From assembly GCF_011386835.1 (NCBI RefSeq), contig NC_088792.1:167834001-167898000 (forward strand): DNA of 64,000 bases. The letters run 5' to 3'. The translations under genes and the position numbers were made by a program. Positions 38,718 to 51,980 of the stretch are shown here, one piece after another (position 1 is the first letter of the stretch; each line of letters starts with the position of its first letter). The DNA is from Chrysemys picta bellii (lineage: Eukaryota). The notes beneath the pieces are model-generated. The model was not told where the DNA came from, did no database searches, and saw only the letters and a list, made by a program, of their open reading frames with translations.

Positions 38718-41700
38718 GTTCAGGTGAGACGATTGCAACGTGAAGTTGAGCTACCCTAAAAACAATACCGAGAAATGAAAATGCTCCGATCTCACAAATT
38801 AGGCCCACAGCCATTCATATATGTTTATTCTAGAGCTCTTTTTTTTTTTTTTTTTTTTTTTTGCCTTAAAATAAGGAATGCAAAGCATTTGTATTAGGAA
38901 ATTCTGGGCCAGATTCTCAGCTGATGTAATCTGCCATCTCTCCATTGACTTTAATGGAGTTATACCAATGTACACCAAATGAGTATCTGGTCCAAGATAT
39001 TTTAACTATATGTATAATGAATGTATGTGCGGTCTCTGTGAAGTGAGCCAACACCTGTGTCAAGATTATAAATAAAGAGGCTCAAACTAGAGAGCACTGC
39101 ACCCTTGAAGTGCCCTTATTTTGACAAGAGTTCTTTCCACTTGTCAAAAAGTAACTCTTTCACTGCTCATTCCCCACTTCAGCTTCTCTGCTGCTGCCAT
39201 TTTCTTACGGTGTTGGGAAGCTCCACTGAAATCTCAATGACTTGCTGTGGCACACGCGGTATGTAGGGCACTGCTGGAAGAGCATTTGACACGACAAGCT
39301 CGGCACGTGAGGAAGCAACAAAACAATTAAAACGTTTTCTGTCATCAAAGTATGGTGATAGTTAGCCCCTCCTTCCTGACTATATCTGCTCCCCGTGTGC
39401 CGTAGAGTCACATCTGCTCCCTTCACTGAGACTATAGAGCTAACCCAGTTATGGAAGAGCACGATTGATGGTGCCTACAGCAATATAGAATCTATAAAAT
39501 TGCCAGCTAAGTCCTGAATGCAAAAGCTAATGATAAATGAGGCAGAAAGAACACCGTTTCATTTTCTGATCCAAGGTGGGGCTGTACCTGGTCTAGCTTC
39601 CTCTCAGGAATCCTTGACAAGTCAGCAGACCGTGGGGGCTTGTATTTTGATCTCCCTCCTCAGAGCTTAGATCATTCCCATCAGAGTAAGTGCCTGCTCC
39701 TGATGCTTGTTGATCAGCTGTTCAGCCAGAGGTGGAAAAGACATCCCACAACCAGCTGAAAGTCATGATTCTAGTAAAGGAAGATCTATTCACCTGCTGC
39801 AGTATTGCTCCAACTAGGATAATCAGCATTCATGAAAAGTGCTCCCAACTAGGCTATATAGGAGTCAGCCAAATGGAGTGAGTGGTCGGGGGGGGGGGGA
39901 GATAAAGAAGCCAGGATAGAGGAGAGCTAGGAAGAAAGGAGGAAGAAGGAATCAAGAGGAGAGAGAATGAGAAGGAAGTTAGAGATGAAGACAGGGGGAG
40001 CAAACAAATGGTACAAAAATTTAGAGTTGGGAAAGAGAAGTTACCCATAGACAGAACAAAAACTGAAAAGACTAAAGATGAGAAAGGGGACAAGAACAAA
40101 AGAAAAATCCAAGGGAAACGTTAAGCTTTTTTGTTAATAGAGTCATAAGGTTGTGGAAGAAACCTATCTATATAAATGCACATTGTATATGTGGATAGAG
40201 CAGGGGCAGGTTCTATATACTGCCCTTTGAACTGTAAGTTCTGATATCAAGCCCACACAAATCCCAATAGCCCTCTTCTCCCCAGTGTAGAATTCAGGTA
40301 AATGTCATTGACTTCCATCCTGTACGGGGAAAGAATAGGACTGCAGGATGAGTTTGCAGAGTGGCAGTCACAAAAAAAGCCTCTTTGGACCCATAAACCA
40401 AGCGAGTCTGATGTGGAGTCACTGAGAGAGAATAAATGTGGAGGGCCAGAATGTTATTTTTAGAGTTACTTTTCTGTCTGGAACTGGCAATTTACTATAC
40501 TTACTGTGGCAAAGCATGGAAATGACACATGATATATAAATGTCATTGATTCCGTGTCCCTGGGCTGTTCAGAAGTGGCCTTTCACACATCCTTTGAGTG
40601 CCAGAGCTGCTCACACCCTTGTCGTTGAACAATTAGCCAAGAGGCATGAAAGAGCAGCCATTTGTTATCAGACATAGTTGTGTGTTTGAGTAAGGGTAAA
40701 GGATAGAAATAGCTGAATGGCTACAGACAAGGTAACCAGGCAGTTTTAGTGAACAATTAAATTTGACTGGTGTGGATAAATGAAGATTAACAAACTTATT
40801 TTTATTTAGCATATTTTATCTCAAAGGGTGTGAGCCTTAACTGGTGACCTGCAAAGGTGAAAAAAAATAGGGTAAAATGTTTTGCTTCTTTATGCTGTAT
40901 AAAGACAACAATCACACAGTGTGTGTAATAGGGGAGAATTTGGCTCGTATTTTATGTTAGAAATTCTATTGTGTCTACTCTGTATTTCTGGGTAACTACA
41001 GATGGCTGGGGAACTGGTTGGACTTTGACATAAGAGACATCAGACACATGAAAACTGATTTAACTGGGAGGAAAAAATGGTTTTACTCAGATTATTTGAA
41101 AACCTCTTTTTTGTTTAACCTCTATTTAACTCAAACACCTGAATAAAAAGCTAGGAGAAAAGCTGTCTACATTAAAGATTCCACACCTCTGCCCCTTCAT
41201 TTATCTGTATATGCTACAAGATCATCATTATAGGAGGAGAGTGGTTTTGTGGGCAAAAGGGCGGGGATCACTTGGGATTGAAGTGGGAGAGGGGAAAGGA
41301 ATCTTGAAGTAAAAGAGAAAAACAGAGGAAGGAGTCAGAAAGGGGAAAGAATATTGAGAGTGAGGCTGGGTAGCTAAAGGTGGAGGTGGTAGGAGAGGGG
41401 CAAGATGAAGGGAAACCCAATCCCCAATGGTAACACAACAAACATGGGGAAAATATATCCAGACTCCAAATTTCAGAGTTGATTTTACCAGGAGGCTGTG
41501 AAGCCTCCTCCCAGCTGCTGTTACTGAGCCCTCTATCCCGGGTAGGCCCATCTGGGTCCAGTGGAGGAGAGGTCAAGGGAAACTGGAAGACCTTAATTTA
41601 TCTCTAGCTGCTAACTGGCCGGGGCTGCTTTTGGAAAGGAACACAGAGGTGGTCCTTCCAAGAACATGCAAAGACATATGAGATAGGTAGGAGGAAGTAT

Positions 41701-41943
41701 GAACTGCCTCTAACCATGCTTTGCCTATTCCATGAATCAATCAAATACGTAGGATGAAATCCTGCCCAGGGATTTTGCCACTGAATTCAGTGAGTCAGGA
41801 ATGGATTCCCCCTCATTCTCTGGGTCTGTCAATGCGCCATCATTGAGGAGCAGTAAATTCACTTTTAAGATAAAGGTCTAAGTGTGAGAGAGGGGAACAG
41901 TAGGGCTCAGGGAGCAGGAAGGACATTATAGACTAGTTTGGGT

Positions 41944-42063
41944 CCAGATTTTCACAAGAGCTCAGCATCCACCATCAGGGGCAGGTTTTGGTGACGAGGT
42001 GGGAGTTAAGCACTTTTAAAAACCTGCCCCAATGGTGGATGCTGAGCTCTTGTGAAAATCTGG
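41944..42063. repeat. Near-perfect hairpin within a palindromic MITE
   Basis: Perfect 32-bp arms (41944-41975 and 42032-42063), a 2x1 internal loop, 12 further bp, and a 29-nt loop. Confidence 0.9.
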
Positions 42064-45000
42064 CTGTTAGTGTCACAATTTCAGCTGCCTAGTGCTGGTT
42101 ATTATTATGGTTTGTATTGTGGAGCCCTAGGCATGTACCAGGACCTCCTTGTGCTAGGCATTGTACAAACATACTGTCCCTGCCCCAAAGAGCTTACAAT
42201 CTAAATACTTTTGAAAATATGTTCTGTATTTAGGCGCCTGAAAGAGCACGGAGCTCTTTTTGAAGTTGGGCCCCAGTTTTGTGTGCTGAGCACTTGACAA
42301 TGAGCCCTCCTAAACTTTCATATCGCACAGGTTGTAATTTTGCAAGTGCTAAGTACACCCAATTCCCATTGACATCAGTGGGTGTTGCTTGTATGTGGTG
42401 TCTGTATGCTCAGCTCCACAGTTCTTGTTATCCAGTTACTGCACGTCTGTGTTTCATTCCTGTATAGTCAAGAAATGAAGACTTAAAAAAACAAAAGTCT
42501 CCACTATAGATTAGTCCTAGACATAATCACAGAAGGAACTTTTAGAAAAGTTCTGGGCTGGAATTATTCATTGTGCTGCTGACTAACTTGCAAGCTGTGG
42601 CTATATGCTGGAATGTGATTGATGGGTAGGATGACACTTTAACCTGAAGATGTCTTTTCTTCTGGTTCAAGAATTATGACACTTGGCAGGGACTCAGTCC
42701 CAAAATAAAATACAAGTAGTATGTGGGCATAAAATACAGATGTGCCCAGTGCCACTTTACAACCTAAAGCATAAATCAGCGTAAATCTGAGTTGGTTTAA
42801 AAATGTACCTCCTTAGTGAGACTTAGTAGCATTAGGGGAAATGCTCCATTAAATTCCAGGGGGAAATTGGAGTGTGGGTGCAGTCATGGAAATATACTTT
42901 GTTAAGACTGAAGTAGAGGATGAGCATGGAGATAACATATGGATACTGTGTACAATTTGTATATGGTTTATGCCTTTAACAAGACCGTGTCATGGGCTAC
43001 ATGATGACCACCAAAAATAACATCTGCAACATATGTCCATTCATTGGCAGGATAAGTAGGTTTGGTAAAGCATGCACTTGCAAGTTGTTGTCCAATAAGG
43101 GAATAGGATGCCTCTTCTTTTTGACTGAAGAAATATCTGCACAAATCTTAAACCTTATTTGTCCACCAAAGAATAGCTTCCAGGACTGGTTGGATTTTTG
43201 ATAACATGGAGGACAATTCTAGAACTGTGTTGTCACATTCTGGCAGTCTGGCACCCAAAAGAACTTCTAGCCTTGCTTTTCATCATCACTATGTCTTATT
43301 GATGTTCATCTAATTCAAGCAGCATGTTTGCCTGTAAGCTATTAGATGTTACTACCTGTACCCCCCATCATAAACAATCATCTTCTGCTGACAACTCTAT
43401 TTTTCTAGAAAAATAAAGTCAAACTCTTTCCTCTACTATGTGGTTTTACAATGGAGAAAGAATCTATTGCATTACTTTGGCCAAAACAAGAATCTTTTTG
43501 TTTAGGTCAATTTCTGCCTCCTTGGCTGTAATAGGAAGGACCTCTAGGAAAGAAGGAGAGATACTACAATGAGTTTACCTTTGTGTCTCTTTCAGAGGCA
43601 ATTGGAATAGCATGTTCCCCTGAAGACTTGTACCTGACCATTATGTTTTGCAATAATCCCCAGAAAGCCAGTTAGAATTTCAAAAGCAGGGAATTTCATC
43701 CTTACACACACCAAAGAAATATGCTGCCCGAACTGTGTGTTTCCAAAAATGGTGGAAGTGTAACATTTTCCTGGACTTTGTAGCATCCAGCATCATCTTC
43801 TGATTGGAGAAGGATCAGGATCCAGTTCCAGAAGCTCAAGACTTATTTGCTGAACTAGAAGGAGAGGCAAAGTTCACAACAGCTGATGTATCCAAACCAC
43901 ATTACAAGTGGCATTTAAGCCATATTTAAAAAGAAAAACAATGATTACTGTGAGCACACACAAAAGGCTCTCAGAGGTGAAGCACAGAACTCTCAACCCA
44001 GGAAGAGGGAGCTGTTCCGGGAGATGGAAAGGCCCCCAATGTAACCTGGACAGCACTTGGAGCCTCCCTGGGGCTACCTTACGGGCCACAGAGCTGCCTG
44101 GAATCTCCATAGTGCTGTGGCTCCGCCTATGACACATCCCTTCCACCATCAGCCCCTGAACACCACCTATGCCAGTCCTTGCAAGGGAGGATGGAGGTGG
44201 GATCCTTGGAATGCAGCCTCATGACTGTCTACTCCTGTGCCTCCACTGGGGGAATCCTCCCATGTCTGGATACAGGGGTTTTCAGGCCTCTTTATGCCTC
44301 TCTAACCTTTTTTACCTGGTGAGAATCTCACCCGTAGGGTTTTATGTGCTTTTCAAAGCAGCGTACAAATGTTCATTAATTACAGTAATATGTATGATGC
44401 CCTTGTGAAGTAAGTATTACCATCAGCCTTTTTCCAAAAGGGAAACTGATTCACAGAGAGGCTAACTGACTTGCCTACAACCATGGTACAAATGAGCAGC
44501 AGAACCAGGATTAGAAGTTAGGAGTTCCTTGCGGCTGATGCTTTTATTCAGGCTAGCGTGCCTGTGTTTTGCTTCAACAGGCTGAGCAGAGGTAGAACAA
44601 ATGCCATGAACACTTCTGCACTTCCTTTATTCTTCCTCTCCATCATTCATATTTTATGTTCCATTTGACTTTCCCAACTGCCCTTCATTCCCACATTGAA
44701 TCGTACACATACACACGTACGCACCTTTGACGTATATTTCTCTTTGAAAGATTTACTCATGTCGATGGAAGCTCTCTGCATTGTCGGCTCCTGTGGAATA
44801 GAGAGAACTTTTGAAATAAGGGACAATTGAGAGGTTGGAGGCCTAGGCAAAGAATCTAGAAACAGTTTGCAAATTTCAGACTGTCCCAGTTGTGCTAAGA
44901 AAGTGAATAATGAGAAAAAGGGTGGGGCAGGTGGAAATATGGTTCAGAAAATGACAGGGCAGGAAATGAAGATCCTTCACTATATCTGATCCTCCTTGTT

Positions 45001-45677
45001 ATTGATCTATGTCAGCCATCCTAGATTCTAGGTGCATTACAGCATTGTATAAAAGCAAATTCAATACATTATGAGGACTCACCAAACCATATCTCCTCCA
45101 ACTCCAAACAGCATTTCCCAACACCACCTCCCCATTCTCCTCAACAGCCTTACCAACCTAGAAAAACCTAGGCAAACAGATCTTAGAGTGATTTAATATT
45201 TTCTCTCTGTTAACTATGTGGCCTACTGTCATTACTGACTCAGTTACTTGCTTTTTATCTTTGAACTAAATTATTTCTACCTGTACCTTGCTAATGAGAC
45301 ACCCATTCCATTACTCACATTTGGGGGCACATCCTAGTCATCAGAAGAGGTTCCTAAAAATCTCCTTCTGGGCACTGCTTCCTGCAAAAGTGCTCTAGCA
45401 TTGCCATGAATCATATATAGCAAAGATGTTCAAAGTGTTGTTCATGGACTACTGGTAGTGTGCAGAGTATATCTATCTAGATCTTTTAGGTACCTAGGTG
45501 GCCCCATTACTGTAGCACCTCACACTCTTTGATGTTCTTATCCTCTCAACACCCTGGTTAGATAGGGAATGGAAGCACAGAGAGACTAGGTTGGGATTCA
45601 CAACGGTATTTAGGCATCTAACTCCCATCACTTTGAATAGGAGTTGGATGCTTAAGTACCTTTGTGAATCTCACCCT

Positions 45678-45833
45678 CAGTGCTTAATTTGTAATGAAAG
45701 AGGTGCCAGGGCTCAAGCAATGTTTTACATTCATAACTGATGCAACAAGCCCAGAGGTGCCAGGGCTATGAATTGCCAAGCCTAGAGGTGCCGGGGCTCA
45801 GCTCTGGCAAGCCCTGGCACACATTAAGCACTG
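45678..45833. mobile_element. Short hAT MITE nested in a MIR-like SINE
   Basis: TIRs cagtgcttaat / attaagcactg; perfect TSD CTCACCCT (45670-45677, 45834-45841); three internal agaggtgcc(a/g)gggct repeats. Confidence 0.9.
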
Positions 45834-45978
45834 CTCACCCTAGAGTGACTTGCCCAGGGTCACATAGGAGGTTTGTGGCAGAACAGGGAATTATATTGGA
45901 GGTTCCTAAATCCCCTAACCACTACAATTCTGCCTCCCTCTTGCTGGTGTTTTGCATTGAGCTGGCTTATCATATGGT

Positions 45979-46628
45979 TAGGACCCTACCAAATTCAGTT
46001 CCATTTTGGTCAATTTCATGATCATAGGATTTTAAAAATAGTAAATTGCATGATTTCAGCTATTTAAATCTGAAATTTCACAGTGTTGTAATTGTAGAAG
46101 TCCTGACCCACAAAGGAGTTGGGGGGGGGGGTCCACAAGGTTATTATAGGGGTTGTTGCAGTACTGCTACCCTTACTTCTGTGCTGCTGATGGCAGCAGT
46201 GCTGCCTTCACAGCTGGGTAACTGGAAAGCGGTGGCTGCTGGCTGGGAGCCCCACTTTGAGAGCCGGCAGCAGCACAGAAGTAAAGATGGCCTACTATGG
46301 TACTGCCACCCTTACTTCTGCGCTGCTGCTAATGGGGCGCTGCCTTCAGAGATGGGCGCCAGGCCAACAGCCGCTGCTCTCCAGCTGCCCGGCTCTGAAG
46401 GCAGTGCAGACATAAGGATGGCAATACTACAACCCCCCCTAAAATACCCTTGACTCTCCTGCAACTACCTTTTTGGTCCGAACCCCCAATTTGAGAAATG
46501 CTGGTGTCCCCCCTGTGAAATCTGTATAGTATAGGATAAAAGCACACAAAGGACCAGATTTCATGGGGGGAGATCAGATTTTATGGTCTGTGATGTGTTT
46601 TTCATGGCCATGAATTTAGTAGGGTCTG
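45979..46628. mobile_element. hAT-like MITE
   Basis: Termini taggaccctaccaaattca / tgaatttagtagggtc; right end degenerate, no TSD. Confidence 0.7.
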
Positions 46629-47625
46629 CCTCTCCTCTAGAATTCCAGCCTCAAAAATGCCTTAAAAGACAGCTAAAAATGCATTAATATTTTCCCTGGT
46701 ACACAGCATCATACAGTGCATGGAAAAACTGCATGACTGCAGGTGAAATCAAAGTCTTAGATTATTTAATTTGTAATCTCATTGGGGAAGGAGCAATCTT
46801 GTTGTTCTGTGTTTGTACAGCACCGAGCACATGGGCATCTTGCTCCATGATAGGCCTCCTGGGCATGACCACAATGCAAATAATAAATGAATAATGATCA
46901 TAATGTCATCAATGCAGTACACGCAGAGAGCATGGTTACTAACCTGCAAAGAGTCCCTCATTTCAGGCTCAAAGTTCCCTCCATTGCTCAACTGTTATTC
47001 CACTGTTAGTGGCTGTAATTTATTCTCAAGGAATATTGAACCATGAGGTTTAGGGAAACTTTGTTTTAAAAATGAAGTCCCAGCATTTCCAGTTACATCC
47101 TTTACTTTTGTTGTTCCTGTTTTCCTCCTTTGGGGACCTTGGTTCACACGGGGGCAACAGTAGATTGAGAGCTCTGGCCAGTCAGCATAACATTTCAAAA
47201 CATAAACTTGAAAAATGTGCTGTAATGTGACTAGCTGCTGTCAATCTCAGTGCACTAATGCAGACTGCAGCTTGCCGACCAGCGACTCCTTTTTGCTTTC
47301 GTGTGGTGAAACAGAAACCTCAGCATGCACTACATGTGTTTCAGTGTTCAACGGAGCATGTATTTCTAGGGAGAATCTGAGATGGCCGACGAAGGAAAGT
47401 GAAGAATCCCCCTCTGGATAGTGGTGGAAGGAGCCCCACTCCCCTCGCTCTGTTTTTTTAATCTCATGGAAAAACAGCAACAAAGGTTGTGAAGGAATAA
47501 ATTGCTAGTTGGGGCTAAGGGGTAAAGATGTAAGTCAGATTTGCAGAGGAGTGGGAACAGTGGTTGCGGGAACCAACACTCACTCTGCTTTGGTTTCACT
47601 ATTCATAGAACAAGTGCATTCTTGA

Positions 47626-48058
47626 CAGGGCCGGCTCTGGCTTTTTGGCCGCCCCAAGCAAAAAAAAAAAAAAAAAAAAAAAAACGGGGCGGCCAGAACG
47701 GCAAAGTGGAAAAAAAAAAAAAACCTGCGGCGTGGCCGGAGCACGGGTACAGGGGGACCGGCTGGGGGTGGGAGGGGGAGGGAGCGGGCGGGAGAGGGAG
47801 AGAAGGGGGCGACCAGGGCTACAGCAGGGGCGCTGCCACGCAGCCCCTCCCGCTGCGCCGCCTCCTGCCGCCTGCCGTGAGGGCTCCGCTCCGGTCGGCG
47901 GGGAGGGAAGGAAGAGGACTGCCCTGCAGGGCGCTCTGGTCCTCTGCGCCGCCGCCCCCTACAGGGCGGCCGGAGCGGAACAAAAAAAAAAAAAAAGCGT
48001 CCGTGCCGCCCTAGCCTCGAACAATCTGCCGCCCCAAGCACCAGCTTGCTCAGCCCTG
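47626..48058. mobile_element. GC-rich hAT MITE
   Basis: Starts cagggccggctc, ends cagccctg; perfect TSD ATTCTTGA (47618-47625, 48059-48066). Confidence 0.9.
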
Positions 48059-48534
48059 ATTCTTGAGTAACACCATCCAAAAGATATCCGCAACCCTTCC
48101 ACACCCAGACTTGCTTGTGAAACATAGGGATCAAAGTTTGTCATAGTGTCTTACTGAGGAGTATGACCCAGAATACTCTACAGGAGCCTTGCTGGATTGG
48201 TTACTGCACATGAGAATGATCTCTACCGATCTAATACTTTTAGAGCCCTCAGCCCTGTAGGATGTGAGCCCCACCATCTCCCTTCACTGAACTGCAGGTG
48301 TTGTCATTCACCAGAAGATGTCTGTTGGAAGGAAGAGGCTATGTACTGCTGCCATTAGCCATGCACTCACTCATGTTCACATAATCTGCCCAGAGTCTCT
48401 TTTGGGATGTCCTTCCAGCCTGGCCCATTTTATCTCTTTATGCTGGAGGGCAAAAGGAAGTCAAGCAAAGTAACTTGTAATATCCTTTGTGTGTGTGTGT
48501 AGATAGAATGTAGCAGATGTATTAGTAATAAAAG

Positions 48535-49445
48535 CAGGAGTGGATTTACCATGAAACAAAATGCAGGACAAATCTCATCTGACAACCAGCCCCCGAGTCC
48601 CTGCCGTTGGTGCAGCAGGGCTCAGGCAGGCAGGCTGTCTGCATGCCGTGGCCATTGGCCCCACAGCACTCCTGGAAGCAGCTGAGTGCTGGGAGGTCTC
48701 TGTGCGCCTCTGTTGGGGAGGAGGCGGCTCCGCGCACTGCAGCGCAGAGACCTGCTGCCCCCATTTCCCTAAGGGGCACGCAGAGACATGCGAGCAGCGC
48801 TAAGGCGGCTCCCTGCCCACTCTGTCTCCCTTCTTCCACACCGCACCACTCCCAGAAGTGGCCACTGTCATGTCCCTGCGGCCCCGCCCCGAGTGCCGAC
48901 TCTGCAGTTCCCATTGGCCGGATAGTGGTGGAGGGAGCACCAGTCAGCGCCTGAGGGCAGTGGCATGCGGAGACCCTTGGTCTCCCCCGCCTAGGAGCTG
49001 CTGCCGGAGGGGTGTGTGTGCCAGCCGCGTTGGGAGTCATGTTGCCCAAGGTAAGCACTACCCCTCTGCCCCCCTCCTGCATCCCAACCTCCTGCCCCAG
49101 CCCAGAGCCCACACCCTGCACCCAAACTTCCTCCCAGAGCCTGCAGCCCTCATGCCCTCCCACACCCTAACCCCCTGCTCCAGCCCAGAGCCTGCACCCA
49201 GCACCGAAACTCCCTCCCAGATCCCAATCCCTGCAGCCCCTCCTGCCCCAATCAAGGTACCTCACTTTATTTTCATTTACTTCCCATTACTTATAATATA
49301 AGAGGAGGATGAAGAAAAAAGAATGAAAAATGGGGGAGGGAGATAAGAGAGAATGTTCTTTTTCTTGGCTGGGTCCCGCGGGGGGGTGGGGGTGGGAGGG
49401 AATGAAGCTGCGCACAGGGCCTCACTAACTCTAAATCCGCCACTG
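48535..49445. mobile_element. GC-rich hAT non-autonomous element (911 bp)
   Basis: Termini caggagtggattta / taaatccgccactg; perfect TSD AATAAAAG (48527-48534, 49446-49453); internal cccagagcc tandem motifs. Confidence 0.88.
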
Positions 49446-51322
49446 AATAAAAGATTAAGTTCTCCCCTCCTCTTCCAGCAGTATATGGGGGAGGGCAAAA
49501 TAGCTAGAACCGGTGGCCCATGCCATATTTCCTCCTACCTGGGACCCCTTGGAAACCTCTCCACCAGAGCCCTATAGAGTTGGGATTCCACGGATCTAAA
49601 GGGCCTGGAACAGGAGAGATTGTAGTGGGGAGCAGTCATAGCTACTTTCCACAGCATGGTCCCCTGCTGATTTCATATCCGATTTGTCGTCTTGCAGGTG
49701 GGAGTCAGCAACTCTCAAGAGGCATAATGGTGGGGGTCAAACTCCCTGTCCAGAGAAACTCTGGTAAATATAAGATGGTATTGTCTGCGCTATAGTTTTT
49801 TGTTAGCATGAGTTTGTGCCTGGCTGCATTACTCCTGGGTAATGAAACCCCTAGTGAGTTATGCAGATCATTCCAAACGAGCTCGGATAAGAACTTTTCG
49901 TTGCCTCATGCCATCATGTATTATTCTCCTTCTGGAAAATATTTTACAGAAGACTAGTTAGTTTCTTAAAAAAATATTTAGGGTGGTTTATGGGTGCTTG
50001 GTTTTCTATTGATCCAACATACAGACTTCAGAGGCAGAGAACAAGTATAGCTCATAAACATTAAGCACCTCCAAAAATGTATTCTACAGAATAATATAAT
50101 GAAGCCCAGTACTGGATACTGCACAACCCAGCAGGGCTAGACACAAATGCTGCGGTCCCACTGGGAAGGTTGGGAAAGATTCCTGGGTTTTCAGTGGAAG
50201 TAAACCCTCATTCCTAGTTCATGAAATACTGGATCCTAAACTGTCAGTAGCCTAGGACCAAATATCACTTATCCTGCACTCTGACTAATGTAATTTGGGA
50301 ATATTTGGTAGGTGGGAGAATGTAACAAAGGGCAGTGTTGGCCAGGAGAATCCCTGTTAACATGGCCCCAATGGAGCCACTTTCCTGGGCAGGGGAACGT
50401 CAGGGACCAGAGTTTAAGTGGAAGTACAGGGCCTCCTTTGAGGACAGCCGTAGGTCCCCGTAGAGCCCTAGGGATCTGTCCAGTTTGGGGATGGGCCCTG
50501 CAGCTTTTTCCGCTAGGGGACAATATTGTGGACTATGACGTTATGGGGGAATTTTCACAAGGGAACCCTTGCAGAAATTTCCTCCCCAAGACTTCCCCTT
50601 CCTTAGATCTGGTGCAAGGTATGTTTATGTAAACAGAGACATTAGAGATTAGAGTGAACCAGAATTGGGGATCTGAACACCACTCCCCCCCTCCCAACAC
50701 TGGGAAAGGTTGGATTTGAATCTAAACATACATCCTCACTTGTTTGGCTCCATCTCTGTGTTTATATATTATATAAAGTGCACACACATACAGCTGGACA
50801 TGATTGTCAGCATCAAGCATTCAGACTATCAAGGGGTCACCTTTGACAATAAGCAAAGGCTGAGAGTTTGCTTTCAAGAGCATCCATCAGGGAGTAGTAA
50901 GAGGCTGTTACCTGCTGAAGAAGCATAATGTTTTATTCAACCATCTCCCAGTAAAAACATTTCTGGATAAGACCAAGGGATTGCTTTTTATTTATAGTTC
51001 ATCTTTATGAGTGGGTCTCCCCATGAGGACAGCAGTTCTCAGTTAATCTATATTTCATCTAACCCCCTGAAGCCATAGAGAAGTAAGATCATAGTTGATG
51101 CAATAGTATTTAAAGCTAGGGCACTATATTCCCCCATTGTTTGACTGATTGTTGGGGCTTTTTCAGAGAATGGGGAATTCACAAGCAAAACTAATATTAT
51201 TTTGGAATTAAATAAATCAAGCAAAAGTTATTTAAAGTGAACGATTTGAAGAACAATTTTGACACCTGATAAACACTGAAAAGTTTCCCAGGTAAGTGTG
51301 TTGAGACAGCAGAACAGTCGAA

Positions 51323-51980
51323 GGCCTGATCTACACTGCAGAGTTAGGTCGACGTAAGTTGTCTTAGGTTGACCTAATTATGTCAGTGTCTCCACTACAG
51401 CCTGGCTTCTAAAAATAAGCCAGCGTAAGGGCATGTCTACACTACAAACTTAAGTTGACCTATTTTAGGTCAACTTACAGCCACCACATTAATTACGGTG
51501 GTTTTTCATGTCCGCACCGCCCTCCTTCTGTCAGTGATGTCACCAGGAGCGCTTCCACTGACTTAAGAGGGGCAGTGTGAGGGGCTGAGAGCCCGGGCTC
51601 TCAGCTCGACACAGAGTTCCCTGCTGGGAGTCTGGCTGCAGCCCTGGCTCTGGGTGTGGCGTTCCCTGCAAGGCAGCTGCCAGGCTCCTGGAGGGGAACC
51701 GAGAGCCCTGGGGGCAGCTGGGCTCCCAGCAGGAAGCCTAGGCAGCAACCCAGCTCAAAGCGGGGAACTGGGAGCCCGGGGGCAGCACAGTGTCTACACA
51801 GATACAGCATCACCCTACCTACACCGACACAAGCCCTACGTCTCTCATGGAGGTGGAGTTACTATGTCGGTGTATTAGGGCACTTACATTGGCAAGAGCA
51901 AGGCTGTAGTATAGACACTGACATAATTAGGTCGACATAAGGCAGTTTACGTCGACCTAACTGTACTGTATGCCCATGGC
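51323..51980. mobile_element. PIF/Harbinger-like MITE with long subterminal inverted repeats
   Basis: ggcctgatctacactgcagagttaggtcgacgtaag...tgtcagtgtctccactacagcc is mirrored by ggctgtagtatagacactgacataattaggtcgac...gtcgacctaact. Confidence 0.75.

Noticed and set aside
39890-40110. Purine-rich tract (also 58180-58560)
   Set aside because: Low-complexity GA-rich sequence with no mirror symmetry long enough to argue for a specific H-DNA function.
47541-49301. Long ORFs (up to 205 aa) on both strands
   Set aside because: They lie inside GC-rich hAT MITEs bounded by TSDs; low stop-codon frequency and poly-Lys/Phe from homopolymers explain them; no domain motifs.
50321-50635. Possible second solo LTR (TGTAACA...AAACA)
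   Set aside because: TSD only 4/5 (gagaa/gagac) and no poly(A) signal identified; insufficient support.
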